Of a stretch of 64,000 nt of DNA, positions 1-10,768 are shown piece after piece. The DNA is from an uncultured cyanobacterium (GTDB lineage: Bacteria > Cyanobacteriota > Cyanobacteriia > Cyanobacteriales > Nostocaceae). The notes beneath the pieces are model-generated. The model did no database searches, was not told the origin of the DNA, and saw only the letters and a list, made by a program, of their open reading frames with translations. The stretch is from contig CAVUDP010000003.1 of NCBI GenBank assembly GCA_963740315.1, positions 448,001 to 512,000 of the forward strand, in the 5' to 3' direction. Made by a program: the position numbers and the translations under genes. Numbering within the stretch: position 1 is the stretch's first letter; each line of letters starts with the position of its first letter.

Positions 1-1068
1 ATCTTGTTCCCTGATACAATCAAACAATAATCCTAACAAGTCTCGCACGTGACCGCCACTAATTAAACACAACCGATTTAAGGTTTCCGGACTGTCGAAA
101 AGTTCTGTAATAAAATGTAACCTTTCGCCGGGATTAATAGTAGGAAAAGCCCTAGCTAAAACCATTTGTCGCAAACTTTCCAATCCAGGAATAAAAATTT
201 CACCAGTACGCTTACGCACGGGAATCATTGGTAAAACTTTTGGCGCAACACCACCACCCAAACGATGCTGTAATTGAGCGCTATCGTTGGAAAAAGTTAA
301 TCCCAAAGGTATCGTATAAACCATATGGCAATTGAGTTTGCGTAACTGTTCTCCGCGATCGATAAATAAATACTCAGGTAGAGATCGTCCCGACGGTAAA
401 GGACGAATTGCCACTCGATCCAAGTTATCAACAATTACCACCAAACCTTTTTTACCTCTAGCTTTGAGTTCTTGATTAGCACGTCCTAATAACTCGTGAT
501 TGATAGAGTGTAAAATATTCTGAGTTCGCGGTTCCAAATAATCCCTTAACCGTCGCCGCAACTGAGGACTTTCCTTGGTTTTCGTAGTGATTTTAGCAAT
601 TCCTACCGATAATTCACCTTCCAATTCTAGATCGATCGGAGTTTGAAGAAAATCAACAATTTCGCCAAACAACTTCGCAAAATAGGAAGGCTTCAACCGA
701 ATTTTTATTGACTCCAAACTCTGAGATACTTGTCCGGCGATCGCTAAAAAGATATCGGTAATATCTAAGTCCACCATTTCCAAAACGTGGGTGGATTCAA
801 AATAAACTACATGAAATTGTTTCAGTTCTAATTCAGCTTTTAATCGCAATAACTCGGTCGATTTACCGCAGCCAATATGCCCGGTGAAAAGTTGAGTTGT
901 GGGTGCATCCGGTGATATTCTAGTAATAGTCCGCCGTAGCGCTTCAATAATTTTTCCGCCTCTTACCTCAGCGAAATCAATATAATATCGTCGAGCATCA
1001 GCATCTCCCATTACTAGAGGTTGGCTCGGATTACACGCTTGATAAAATCTTTCTAAGTTTAAAAGCAT
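1..1068 (-). CDS. P-loop/AAA-like ATP-binding protein, cyanobacterial family (3' end outside window)
   Basis: Not in the ORF track. Manual translation from ATG at 1068 gives MLLNLERFYQACNPSQPL...YYIDFAEVRGG...LFTGHIGCGKSTELLRL (Walker A) and later VVIVDNLDR (Walker B-like); the frame runs off the window start. Confidence 0.8.
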   Translation of the reverse strand, partial: MLLNLERFYQACNPSQPLVMGDADARRYYIDFAEVRGGKIIEALRRTITRISPDAPTTQLFTGHIGCGKSTELLRLKAELELKQFHVVYFESTHVLEMVDLDITDIFLAIAGQVSQSLESIKIRLKPSYFAKLFGEIVDFLQTPIDLELEGELSVGIAKITTKTKESPQLRRRLRDYLEPRTQNILHSINHELLGRANQELKARGKKGLVVIVDNLDRVAIRPLPSGRSLPEYLFIDRGEQLRKLNCHMVYTIPLGLTFSNDSAQLQHRLGGGVAPKVLPMIPVRKRTGEIFIPGLESLRQMVLARAFPTINPGERLHFITELFDSPETLNRLCLISGGHVRDLLGLLFDCIREQD

Positions 1069-1922
1069 ACATAAAAGACGGCGACTCGTTCTATTTGAAA
1101 GACGAGATTTACAACACTATGAGGATTTTCGTTATTGAATGATTTTCAATTTAGATACAAATTAGAAATGCAGTATTCCGGAATTATAAATAGTTTTATT
1201 CGCTAATGTTTGGATACAATAGTTACAGAAATAAACAATATTTTTGGTATCCAGACAAATGTTAGAAAAACTTCTTAGCTTTCCCAATGTTCTAGTATCA
1301 ACTATTTTAGATAATAGCTATAACTATTGATGAATATCGCTATTTTTTATACTAATTAGCTTTATTCAAATGATAGCCATAATCTATACCGTAGATTCCA
1401 CTAATTTAGATTGAATGTTTAAAAGTAAACCATAAACAACTTATCTTTATTAACATTACCAATTAAGTATTATCTACAGATATATCAATAATGATACAGA
1501 AATATACGGCGAAGGCTAATTGCAAACGTAATTGATATCTTGTAATAAAACTACAAAACAAATTAACTAATACATTAGCGATATTTTCAGTTCATTAAAA
1601 TGAACTACAACTATAATCGGAATAGTATAGCAAACGGCAGATGTAACGATCCGCATATGCGGTGAACTGTGAATACATTCTAATTATTTAGATTATTTAG
1701 AATGATATATATGACCTTTCTTTTCCTGATTTTCCCGGTGCAATTAAATGAAGCTTCTTAAACACTATTATATATAACTTAATCTCAGTAAAATTGTCTA
1801 AGTAAAATTTCGTATATATAAAAAAAAATAGTAAGATAAAGGAGTAATTAGAAAACTAATCCTAAAAATCCTAAAAACAATGAATTAAAACACAATACCT
1901 AATAATTAAAAAGAAAAATGCA

Positions 1923-2138
1923 TTAATTCTTACAATTTCCCGAACGAAGACAATCTTTAATTCGGTCATCTCTAGCCGATATTAGTTCATGCGTTAAATA
2001 TGGTTGAATTTTCGCACCAGTAACAAAATCGGTAATTCTAGATTCGTTATAGAAACCTAAAAAATTAACAGCATTCCAACCAATCATAGGTAATGCCAAC
2101 ACGGCGCAACAAATAGTACTATGCATCTTCAACCTCAA
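1923..2138 (-). CDS. Small hypothetical protein with hydrophobic signal-like N-terminus and C-terminal Cys pair
   Basis: 71 aa ORF (TTG start; ATG 4 codons in); CCAVLALPMIGW hydrophobic stretch and DCLRSGNCKN terminus. Confidence 0.5.
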   Translation of the reverse strand: MRLKMHSTICCAVLALPMIGWNAVNFLGFYNESRITDFVTGAKIQPYLTHELISARDDRIKDCLRSGNCKN

Positions 2139-2282
2139 GTAAAATTGTAGGTTACATAGTAGACTCCCACTTCAACAAACATTCTTACAGCAGAGCAGTG
2201 TAAAGCGATCGATAAAAATCAACTTACACTTTTCTGATAACTTATCCAGCCTAAATTTTGGAAAACCGGATAAAAATGGAAA

Positions 2283-2445
2283 ATGGGGAGAAGGGGAGAT
2301 GGGGAGAGGGGGAGATGGGGAGTACTTCGACAAGCTCAGTAACCTTTGGGGAGATGGGGAGTACTTCGACAAGCTCAGTAACCTTTGGGGAGATGGGGAG
2401 ATGGGGAGATGGGGAGAGGGGGAGATGGGGAGATGGGGAGACAAG
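2283..2445 (+). repeat. STRR-type GGGGAGA(T/G) octamer array with two embedded GTACTTCGACAAGCTCAGTAACC elements
   Basis: Direct reading; embedded copies start at 2322 and 2361 (39 bp period). Confidence 0.9.
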
Positions 2446-2471
2446 GGAAAATATAAACTTCTTCACTCTAA

Positions 2472-2563
2472 ACTGGTAACTGGTAACTGGTAACTGGTAA
2501 CTGGTAACTGTTCACTGCTAACTGATAACTGTTCACTGATAACTGATAACTGTTCACTGATAA
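2472..2563 (+). repeat. Heptamer tandem repeats (ACTGGTA, ACTGATA, ACTGTTC) upstream of tatC
   Basis: Direct reading of tandem 7-mers typical of Nostocales STRRs. Confidence 0.9.
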
Positions 2564-2573
2564 TTGATTTAAT

Positions 2574-3359
2574 ATGACTCGTTCTTCAGAAGCTGAAACT
2601 ACTACCACAAAAGACATTGACGTTAACGCGACTCAATCAGATATTCTTGATGAGTTACCTGGTGAAGTAGAAATGTCGCTTTTCGATCATTTAGAAGAAT
2701 TGCGACTGCGGATTTTTTATGCGCTGATAGCTGTAGTGCTAAGTGCGATCGCCTGTTTCGTTTTCGTGAAACAAATTGTCCAACTCTTGGAAATACCTGC
2801 TCAAGGAGTCAAATTTCTTCAACTCGCTCCCGGCGAATATTTTTTCGTATCTATAAAAGTTGCTGGCTATAGTGGTTTAGTATTGGCTAGCCCATTTGTT
2901 TTATATCAAATCGTTCAATTTGTTTTACCGGGATTAACTAGAAGAGAACGTCGTTTACTTATACCCGTATTTATGGGTTCTAGCGTGCTGTTTCTATCGG
3001 GGTTGGTATTTGCTTACTTTGCACTAATTCCCGCAGCTTTGAATTTTTTCATCAACTATGGTGCGGATGTCGTAGAACAAAGTTGGTCAATTGATAAGTA
3101 TTTTGAATTTGTTTTGTTATTGCTATTTAGTACGGGTTTAGCATTTCAAATCCCCGTCATTCAACTGTTACTTGGTGCTTTAGGAATTGTGTCTTCCAAA
3201 GTCATGATTTCAGGCTGGCGTTACGTAATTATGGGAGCCGTAGTTTTAGGAGCCATTCTTACACCTTCCACAGATCCACTTACCCAAAGTCTTTTAGCAG
3301 GAGCAGTTCTAGGATTATACTTTGGCGGAATTGGCTTAGTTAAATTAATTGGTAAGTAA
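2574..3359 (+). CDS. tatC: Twin-arginine translocase subunit TatC
   Basis: [29 protein letters not shown] motifs; six hydrophobic segments. Confidence 0.97.
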   Translation: MTRSSEAETTTTKDIDVNATQSDILDELPGEVEMSLFDHLEELRLRIFYALIAVVLSAIACFVFVKQIVQLLEIPAQGVKFLQLAPGEYFFVSIKVAGYSGLVLASPFVLYQIVQFVLPGLTRRERRLLIPVFMGSSVLFLSGLVFAYFALIPAALNFFINYGADVVEQSWSIDKYFEFVLLLLFSTGLAFQIPVIQLLLGALGIVSSKVMISGWRYVIMGAVVLGAILTPSTDPLTQSLLAGAVLGLYFGGIGLVKLIGK

Positions 3360-3367
3360 TAGGTACC

Positions 3368-3908
3368 TTGTAGGGTGTGTTATGGCGCGACGGATAATTT
3401 GGGTTTTAACAAAATATATATGTTTCGCGCCTAACGCACCATTTTAATTAGGACTTACGATATTGTCACAAATGTTTGATGGTGCGTGACGCTAAAAACC
3501 TTATTACTACGTTCAAATTAACGAGGCGGCGTCACACACCCTACAAAAAAAATGTGCCAGTTGCGTAAGTCCTATTAATGTCATGTTGTATCTAAAATTG
3601 GGCTATAAGACAATAAAAATATATTTTGTTAAATATGATAATTCTAATTAACCTATTAAATTAGGTAAAAGAGTTCTTTAAATTTTTTAGTTATTATCTA
3701 GCTTGTAGGGTATGTTATGGCGCGACGGATAATTTGGGTTTTAACAAAATATATATGTTTCGCGCCTAACGCACCATTTTAATGTCAATAAAAATATATT
3801 TTGTTAAATATGATAATTTTAATTAACCTATTAAATGTGGATGGTGCGTTAAACGTATAAAAACCATCATTTAAATCATATATAGTCATCCGTTTAACAC
3901 ACCCTACT
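3368..3908. repeat. Cluster of GTAG-type REP-like palindromic elements, partly duplicated (3368-3660 vs 3703-3835), with a nested MITE
   Basis: TTGTAGGGT(G/A)TGTTATGGCGCGACGG...TCGCGCCTAACGCACC occurs twice; inverted-orientation relatives at about 3478-3545 and 3840-3907. Confidence 0.8.
3449..3574. mobile_element. 126 bp MITE-like element with 11 bp terminal inverted repeats and 5 bp target duplication
   Basis: TAGGACTTACG (3449-3459) and CGTAAGTCCTA (3564-3574) flanked by TTAAT on both sides; empty site CATTTTAATGTC in the duplicate near 3775-3786. Confidence 0.8.
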
Positions 3909-3931
3909 AGCTACAATTACCAATTACCCAT

Positions 3932-4249
3932 TTAAATTCTATGCTGCATAATTTCATTTTCCGACTTCCACAAAGAAGCAGGGTTACGCCAATACATACT
4001 ATTTTCCCTTTCCATAAGTTGATAGCCAACCAATTCCCTTCTCAAAGTAGCGAAATCCGAATGATGGTTACTAATAATTTCATTTACCTGAGATTCTTTA
4101 TAAATAAAATCTAGCTCAAACTTTCTTACCAACCATCGAAGTACAACAAAACGTTTTTTTCTAGATGCAGGAATTCTAATTATTTTAATCCCATCAAGAT
4201 AACTTTTGAGAACTTTGTTTTCCCAAGTTTCTAACTTAATATTTGTCAT
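3932..4249 (-). CDS. DUF2087-domain protein
   Basis: IPASRKKR..VL...F.....YKESQVNEII...HSDFATLRRELV...LMER...YWR pattern. Confidence 0.8.
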   Translation of the reverse strand: MTNIKLETWENKVLKSYLDGIKIIRIPASRKKRFVVLRWLVRKFELDFIYKESQVNEIISNHHSDFATLRRELVGYQLMERENSMYWRNPASLWKSENEIMQHRI

Positions 4250-4633
4250 ATATTTATTTGATTTAAAATTTGAAAGAATTAATTAATCTAAAAAGTAGAT
4301 CGCGTTTTGTTACCACTACTACATAAGCAAAGTTCATGCAGGTAGACTTCAATAATTTGTAACCTACAGAGGCTGGTTTTATTTGTGTATCAACGGTTTC
4401 AACCGCTATACAGCCCGTCGGGTAAAGTATTTATAAATAATACCAATAAAGAAAAATAAATTCGATAACTTAATCTACTATTCTCTTAATAAATAAAATA
4501 TAAAATTATTTATCATAGCCTTAAAAAAAACTAATTAATAAAAAAGTTCTCCTCACATAATGTCGTAACATTATCAAAAAATTATCGCGTTTTTAATGAG
4601 AACAAATGCTGTAGTATTACGTAAATTAAAAAG

Positions 4634-4942
4634 CTATAATATCCATTCGGAAGTACGCTCGCCTAAATCCAAAGGAACGCTAACAGCTTTACCAAGTCGC
4701 GGACGTTCTCGCGTTTCTTGAATGAATGCCTGTACCTGTTTGGTGCCGCCCATTCCATCAAGATAACTTGCAATGCTATCTAAATGTTCTAGGTATTCAT
4801 TCTCATTCAAAGGAAACGAAGCCTGCTCTAAATATTTCCACATTACCTGTAGAAATAGTTTGCCCATGCTTCGACGTAACTGGACATCATAGGAACGTCC
4901 CCACTTATCAAGTAATATTTGACGTAATTCTTGTCCTGTCAT
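4634..4942 (-). CDS. DUF3067 family protein
   Basis: KWGRSYDVQL...LQVMWKYLEQASFPL...RPRLGKAVS; typical position divergent from petC. Confidence 0.9.
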   Translation of the reverse strand: MTGQELRQILLDKWGRSYDVQLRRSMGKLFLQVMWKYLEQASFPLNENEYLEHLDSIASYLDGMGGTKQVQAFIQETRERPRLGKAVSVPLDLGERTSEWIL

Positions 4943-5162
4943 AGCTTTACTTTTCGGATATTTTACATTTAGTAATGATGTGAAGTTCCGTAACTCCAGT
5001 ATGATAGGAACATAAAGAAATGTAATGCTAAAAGAAAAGATGCTGGAAAATCTTGTTTAAGATAATCTGGCATTGAAAACGGGCATGGGCATACCGGACG
5101 AGAGTTTCGACCTTAACAGAACTCAAGTCAAAAAATTAACATAAACAACCTTGAAGTAGATT

Positions 5163-5702
5163 ATGGCTCAATTCTCTGAATCAACAGATGTACCCGATAT
5201 GGGTCGTCGGCAATTCATGAATCTTCTGACCTTCGGAACTGTTACCGGAGTAGCTCTGGGAGTATTGTATCCCGTTATCAAGTATTTTATTCCGCCTTCG
5301 AGTGGTGGTGCTGGTGGTGGTACTACAGCTAAGAACGAACTTGGCGATACTGTTGCGGTTTCTGAGTTTTTAGACAAACATAACGTTGGCGATCGCGTTT
5401 TGGTACAAGGACTCAAAGGCGATCCAACATACATTGTGGTGGATGGGAGCGAATCGATTCAAGATTATGGAATCAATGCGATCTGTACCCATTTGGGTTG
5501 TGTTGTACCTTGGAATATTGCTGAAAACAAATTCAAGTGTCCCTGCCACGGTTCCCAGTATGATGCTACTGGTAAAGTAGTTCGCGGTCCTGCACCATTG
5601 TCTTTAGCACTAAGTCATGTAGCGGTACAAGATGACAACATGGTGCTTACTCCTTGGACTGAAACTGACTTCCGCACCAATGAAGATCCTTGGTGGGCTT
5701 AA
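5163..5702 (+). CDS. petC: Cytochrome b6f Rieske iron-sulfur subunit
   Basis: Tat motif [15 protein letters not shown] and CPCHGSQY. Confidence 0.98.
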   Translation: MAQFSESTDVPDMGRRQFMNLLTFGTVTGVALGVLYPVIKYFIPPSSGGAGGGTTAKNELGDTVAVSEFLDKHNVGDRVLVQGLKGDPTYIVVDGSESIQDYGINAICTHLGCVVPWNIAENKFKCPCHGSQYDATGKVVRGPAPLSLALSHVAVQDDNMVLTPWTETDFRTNEDPWWA

Positions 5703-5905
5703 GCCTGTATCAGTTATCACTTATCAGTTTTAACGGTTTACGTTAAGGAGATTGGCTTAATAAACCGTTGACTTCTTGATACGGAACACAAACCGATAAA
5801 AGTTAATTTTGAGATTAATTTTGAGATTAATTTGGATAACTAATGGCTGTTCGCTGTTCCGATCGCTTTTTTCCTCGACTAATACCCAACAAATTCCTAA
5901 CAGAG

Positions 5906-6904
5906 ATGAGAAATACTTGTACCACTAGGTTAAATCGCCTATTTAACGCGATTTCCAAAACATTGCTGGTGGCGATCGCCACGGTGACATTTTTCTTCAC
6001 CAGCGATCTAGCACTACCTCAAGCAGCAGCAGCTTATCCTTTCTGGGCGCAAGCAGCGTATCCGGAAACCCCTAGAGAACCTACAGGGCGGATTGTTTGC
6101 GCTAACTGTCACTTAGCTGAAAAGGTTACTGGTGTAGAAGTTCCCCAATCAGTTTTGCCGGATACCGTATTTAAAGCGGTAGTTAAAATTCCTTACGATA
6201 CCAGCCTCAAACAAGTAGGTGCGGACGGTTCCAAAGTAGGTTTAAATGTTGGTGCCGTATTAATGTTACCCGAAGGCTTTAAACTTGCTCCACCCGAACG
6301 CATTCCCGAAGAGTTAAAAGAAGAAGTCGGAGATGTTTACTTCCAACCTTACGGCGAAGACAAAGATAACATCTATATAGTTGGTCCTTTACCGGGCGAA
6401 CAATACCAAGAAATTGTTTTTCCAATTCTTTCTCCCAACCCCGCAGATGACAAAAGTATAAAATTCGGTAAATACGCCGTTCACGTCGGTGGAAACCGAG
6501 GGCGCGGACAAGTTTACCCAACTGGCGAGAATAGCAATAATAACATTTTCGTAACCAAATCTGCTGGTACAATTACCAAAATTGCCAAAGAAGAAGATGA
6601 TTTTGGTGGCGTAAAATATGCTGTAGACGTTCAAGGCGCAAACGGAGAAACCGTTACAACTACAATTCCCGCAGGTCCGGAGTTGATTGTTTCCGAAGGA
6701 CAAAAAGTCGCAGCGGGTGAAGCTTTAACCAATAACCCAAACGTGGGCGGTTTTGGTCAGCATGATACAGAAATAGTACTGCAAAGTGCTGGCAGAATCA
6801 GAGGATTGATCGGATTTACGGCGCTTGTAATGATGGCTCAAATTATGCTCGTCCTCAAGAAGAAACAAGTTGAAAAAGTTCAAGCCGCTGAAATGAACTT
6901 TTAA
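5906..6904 (+). CDS. petA: Apocytochrome f
   Basis: Signal peptide then YPFWAQ; CANCH heme motif; C-terminal [20 protein letters not shown] 5906 preferred over 5843. Confidence 0.98.
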   Translation: MRNTCTTRLNRLFNAISKTLLVAIATVTFFFTSDLALPQAAAAYPFWAQAAYPETPREPTGRIVCANCHLAEKVTGVEVPQSVLPDTVFKAVVKIPYDTSLKQVGADGSKVGLNVGAVLMLPEGFKLAPPERIPEELKEEVGDVYFQPYGEDKDNIYIVGPLPGEQYQEIVFPILSPNPADDKSIKFGKYAVHVGGNRGRGQVYPTGENSNNNIFVTKSAGTITKIAKEEDDFGGVKYAVDVQGANGETVTTTIPAGPELIVSEGQKVAAGEALTNNPNVGGFGQHDTEIVLQSAGRIRGLIGFTALVMMAQIMLVLKKKQVEKVQAAEMNF

Positions 6905-6939
6905 TCGTAGTCATTATCAAATTAAATAATTGATTTTGG

Positions 6940-6967
6940 GACAGGTGCTTTACCTGTCTTTTTTTTT
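6940..6967 (+). terminator. Intrinsic terminator of petCA
   Basis: GACAGGT-GCTTT-ACCTGTC hairpin followed by a T9 run. Confidence 0.85.
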
Positions 6968-8411
6968 AGATTCAACCAACATAATTACATTTAAAATCAG
7001 TCTAAAGTCTGATATAATCCCTCCTTTAGACGGTTACAGTCATGTAATGCTGTTGATTCCACCCCGGCAACTGAAAAAAAAATTTATTTAAAACAAAAAA
7101 ATTAAACTTTTTATCAAATTTTTGATAGAGTGAAAATTACCAACATAAGTTAACAGCGAACCTATCTTGACAAATCTTTCTATCTCTGGGGTCTACTTTA
7201 GCGTCTTGTATTGTTCCTTTGAAGCGGAACGATATAGAATATCAAGTGTTGTTAGGTTTTGCAAACCGTATAAAACTTAATCATACAGATTCAGGTACAA
7301 GCTAGTTATGCCATGTTTGGCTTTAAGCTCGGCGACTAACTTGTTAAAAGCCAGTTTTTGAGTATTGTTTGTTTAACCAGTTTTCTTGTATCATCTAATT
7401 AAACACTTTGATAGGGACTAAATTTTTTGGTCTGGTTAATCAAGCATTCAAGATAACTTCCGTTAATGTCCAGCTTCAAGGTTGTAGAGGAATGTCCAAG
7501 TCTGCGATAATCAATAAGCCATCAGACCCTTCCTTAAATGTAAATCTAGGTTGTAATCTCAAGCACAAGCCTGGAGACTACCGGAAGGAGCTTTTTGCTA
7601 CGGTAGTATTTCTCCGAAGTAGAAGCAGACGACGATGAGGATTAAAGTTATTGGTGTAAGAAAAAGTTGCCTCTCCCTGCTCGATCGCAAAAAAATTAGC
7701 TAAAATCTTTAACTGCTGTTATTTTTCATCAAGCCAACTCGTAGGGTGAAGCCGGATCTGGAATTATGGCATTCAAAGTAGGTGCAAGCCAAGCTTCTTC
7801 ACTTGAGATAGGTAGAATTTCGCTTCCTAAAGATAGAAATTACTCATATCATATCGAAGAGGGTAGGAGAAATTTTGTCAAATAATAATATTTGTTAAAT
7901 AAGGTGCAAGAATGGTACTGTAATAGAGTGGTCTATTTCTTTGTCAATTTGAGCGGTTAACCAAACTGCTTGACTTGCTGGCTCATAATCCAGTATTAAA
8001 GTCACACAAGCCTTTTTTCCCGTAATCATAGTTAGTTAAACAGAGTCAAACCTTGAGGAACTGTATGTAATTATCCTGCAAGATATTATCAGTCTTGAAA
8101 ATCTGTAGATATTTAAGACAGTTTCTGCTTGGCTTAACGCGCCCGATGGCAGATCGGCGCAAGCTTTTAACAGAAAAAACCTGTGGCGGTTATCTAATAG
8201 CCGGGGAAACCAACCTCTTGTTTATATCAATTGTAGGTAAGCCTCGATGTTTTAAAATCCAATGAACTTTCCTCTGTCTTAACTTCCTCTGCTCGTTGGG
8301 AAGTAAGCGACACTAACGGATTGCGGGTAAAATATCTGCATAATCTACCGCTCCAGGTAGATAAGCGAACGCACATTTACAAGTTTTCATTACCTAAAGG
8401 TCACAACAACC

Positions 8412-9653
8412 ATGAGTATCGTTCAGTCAAAGTTAGAAGCTACTGAATCCGCTTTTCATATAGAAGCTTACGAAAAAATTGAGTATAGTCTCGTCTATGT
8501 TGATGGAATTTTCAATACTGACAATCCAGAATTGGCAGAGTGTTATCAAAAATTTGGACGTTGTTTAGCTGTTGTAGATTCTAATGTCTACAAGCACTAC
8601 ACCAAGAAAATGCAGTCCTACTTCGAGCATTACAATATCGACGTAACTGTTTTTCCCGTAACCATCACCGAGCCGAATAAAACAATCCAAACATTCGAGA
8701 AGATTGTAGATGCATTTGCTGACTTCAAACTAGTTCGTAAAGAGCCTGTTTTAGTAATTGGTGGTGGATTGGTAACGGATGTTGCGGGTTTCGCTTGTTC
8801 GTCTTACCGTCGGAAGAGTAACTATATCCGTATTCCTACTACTTTGATTGGTTTGGTTGACGCTAGCGTTGCTATCAAGGTAGCAGTAAACCATAAAAAG
8901 CTGAAGAATCGTCTGGGTGCTTACCACGCTTCATCTAAAGTATTTCTTGATTTCTCCTTCTTGGGTACTTTACCTACCGATCAAGTACGTAACGGTATGG
9001 CAGAATTGGTCAAAATTGCCGTAGTAGGTCACAAAGAAGTATTTGAATTGCTCGAAGAATACGGTGAAGAACTACTTCGCACTCACTTCGGCAACATTGA
9101 TGCGACAGAAGAAATTAAAGAAGTCGCTCATCAAGTAACTTATAAAGCCATTAAAAAAATGTTGGAGTATGAAGTACCCAACTTACACGAGCTAGACCTA
9201 GACAGAGTTATAGCCTACGGTCACAGTTGGAGTCCGACCTTAGAACTAGCACCTTGCGTACCTATTTTCCACGGTCATGCAGTCAATATAGACATGGCTC
9301 TATCTGCAACTATTGCTTCAATTAGAGGCTATATCAGTGAGTCAGATAGGGACCGTATTTTAGGCACAATGAGCCGTATTGGACTTTCTTTAGACCATCC
9401 TTTATTGGAAGAAGACCTTTTGTGGGAAGCTACCGAATCTATTTCTCTGACAAGAGACGGTAAACAAAGAGCCGCAATGCCTAAACCAATTGGCGAATGC
9501 TTCTTTGCTAACGACCTAACTCCCGAAGAATTAGCTGAAGCTTTGGCAAAACATAAAAAGATTTGCCAAAAATTCCCTCGTAGTGGCGAAGGTGTAGACG
9601 TTTACCCAGTTTATTCCGAATCAGAAGCGGAACTTGTAGGGAGTGAAAACTGA
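8412..9653 (+). CDS. mysA: Demethyl-4-deoxygadusol synthase (sedoheptulose 7-phosphate cyclase)
   Basis: [69 protein letters not shown] motifs; first of the mysABC trio. Confidence 0.95.
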   Translation: MSIVQSKLEATESAFHIEAYEKIEYSLVYVDGIFNTDNPELAECYQKFGRCLAVVDSNVYKHYTKKMQSYFEHYNIDVTVFPVTITEPNKTIQTFEKIVDAFADFKLVRKEPVLVIGGGLVTDVAGFACSSYRRKSNYIRIPTTLIGLVDASVAIKVAVNHKKLKNRLGAYHASSKVFLDFSFLGTLPTDQVRNGMAELVKIAVVGHKEVFELLEEYGEELLRTHFGNIDATEEIKEVAHQVTYKAIKKMLEYEVPNLHELDLDRVIAYGHSWSPTLELAPCVPIFHGHAVNIDMALSATIASIRGYISESDRDRILGTMSRIGLSLDHPLLEEDLLWEATESISLTRDGKQRAAMPKPIGECFFANDLTPEELAEALAKHKKICQKFPRSGEGVDVYPVYSESEAELVGSEN

Positions 9654-10486
9654 TGAAAGGCGTTGTTGATAAACCCGTGGCTAAACCTGTTACGCCTTTG
9701 GGAATCTTGGCGCAGGAATTAGAAGCACTCGTGCAAGCATTAGATAAAGAAACATTGCCAGCACAAATTAAAGAAAAGCTTCGATTTGCTTCTCGTTTAG
9801 CATCGGGTTTAGATCCTTACTTGGAAGAATGCACTACCTCTGAATCGGCAGCTTTAACAGCTCTTGCCGAAAAGACGGCATCCGAGCAGTGGAGCAACCG
9901 CTTTAACAAAGGCGAAACCGTCGTCGCCTTAGAACAGGAAATGCTTTCGGGTCATATAGAGGGACAAACATTAAAAATGTTTATCCATATGACAAAAGCC
10001 AAACGAGTACTAGAGATCGGTATGTTTACGGGTTATTCTGCCCTAGCAATGGCAGAAGCATTACCTACAGACGGAAAACTGATTGCTTGTGAAGTTGACC
10101 CTTATACAGCAGAGTTTGGTAAAGCAGCTTTTCGCGAATCTCCCCACGGTGACAAAATCCAAGTTGAAATTGGTCCAGCCCAAGAGACTTTGGATAAACT
10201 GGCTGCCGCAGGAGAGTCATTTGACTTCGTGTTTATTGATGCAGACAAAGCAGGGTACGTTGATTATTTCAACACCCTGTTAGACAAAAATTTGTTAACC
10301 CCATCCGGGTTTATCTGCGTTGATAATACTTTGCTTCAAGGACAGCCTTATCTTAGTGAAGCAGAGCGTACCGCTAACGGACAGGCGATCGCCGAATTTA
10401 ACCGCACCGTCGCCGCAGATAAACGTGTCGAACAGGTGCTACTCCCGGTACGAGACGGCTTAAGTATCATCCGCAAGTTAGATTAA
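9653..10486 (+). CDS. mysB: O-methyltransferase (4-deoxygadusol formation)
   Basis: PVTPLGIL N-terminus, EMLSGHIEGQTL, VLEIGMFTGYSAL SAM motif, FIDADK; TGATG overlap with mysA. Confidence 0.95.
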   Translation: MKGVVDKPVAKPVTPLGILAQELEALVQALDKETLPAQIKEKLRFASRLASGLDPYLEECTTSESAALTALAEKTASEQWSNRFNKGETVVALEQEMLSGHIEGQTLKMFIHMTKAKRVLEIGMFTGYSALAMAEALPTDGKLIACEVDPYTAEFGKAAFRESPHGDKIQVEIGPAQETLDKLAAAGESFDFVFIDADKAGYVDYFNTLLDKNLLTPSGFICVDNTLLQGQPYLSEAERTANGQAIAEFNRTVAADKRVEQVLLPVRDGLSIIRKLD

Positions 10487-10697
10487 GATTAAAACAGGAT
10501 GAACTTTTAACAGTAAGTAGTGAGTAATGGTGAGTAGTGAATATATAGTAATCATTGACTTTGCTTATCAGCATCGGTCGAATATTAATTACTATTATTA
10601 AAATTCCAAAGGTGGAATTGCAATATCTCCATCTGACACTCACCATTCATTACTTGCGATCGCAAAAAACCTCACCTTTTCTAAGCAATGTGATAGA

Positions 10698-10727
10698 AAA
10701 GGCATTTAAAGGCATTTAAAGGCATTT
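10698..10727 (+). repeat. Three tandem AAAGGCATTT decamers upstream of mysC
   Basis: Direct reading. Confidence 0.85.
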
Positions 10728-10768
10728 TTATCATCCTCGATCTTTCATTCACAGTTCGGACTTTGACT

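Noticed and set aside
2172..2493. Four overlapping ORFs (2172-2444, 2251-2466, 2258-2479, 2299-2493)
   Set aside because: They are translations of GGGGAGAT and heptamer repeat arrays (SPHLPI / GDGEMGRW), not genes
7408..7638. 76 aa ORF in the mys leader
   Set aside because: TTG start, no RBS and no recognisable family; cannot be supported, although a uORF role is not formally excluded
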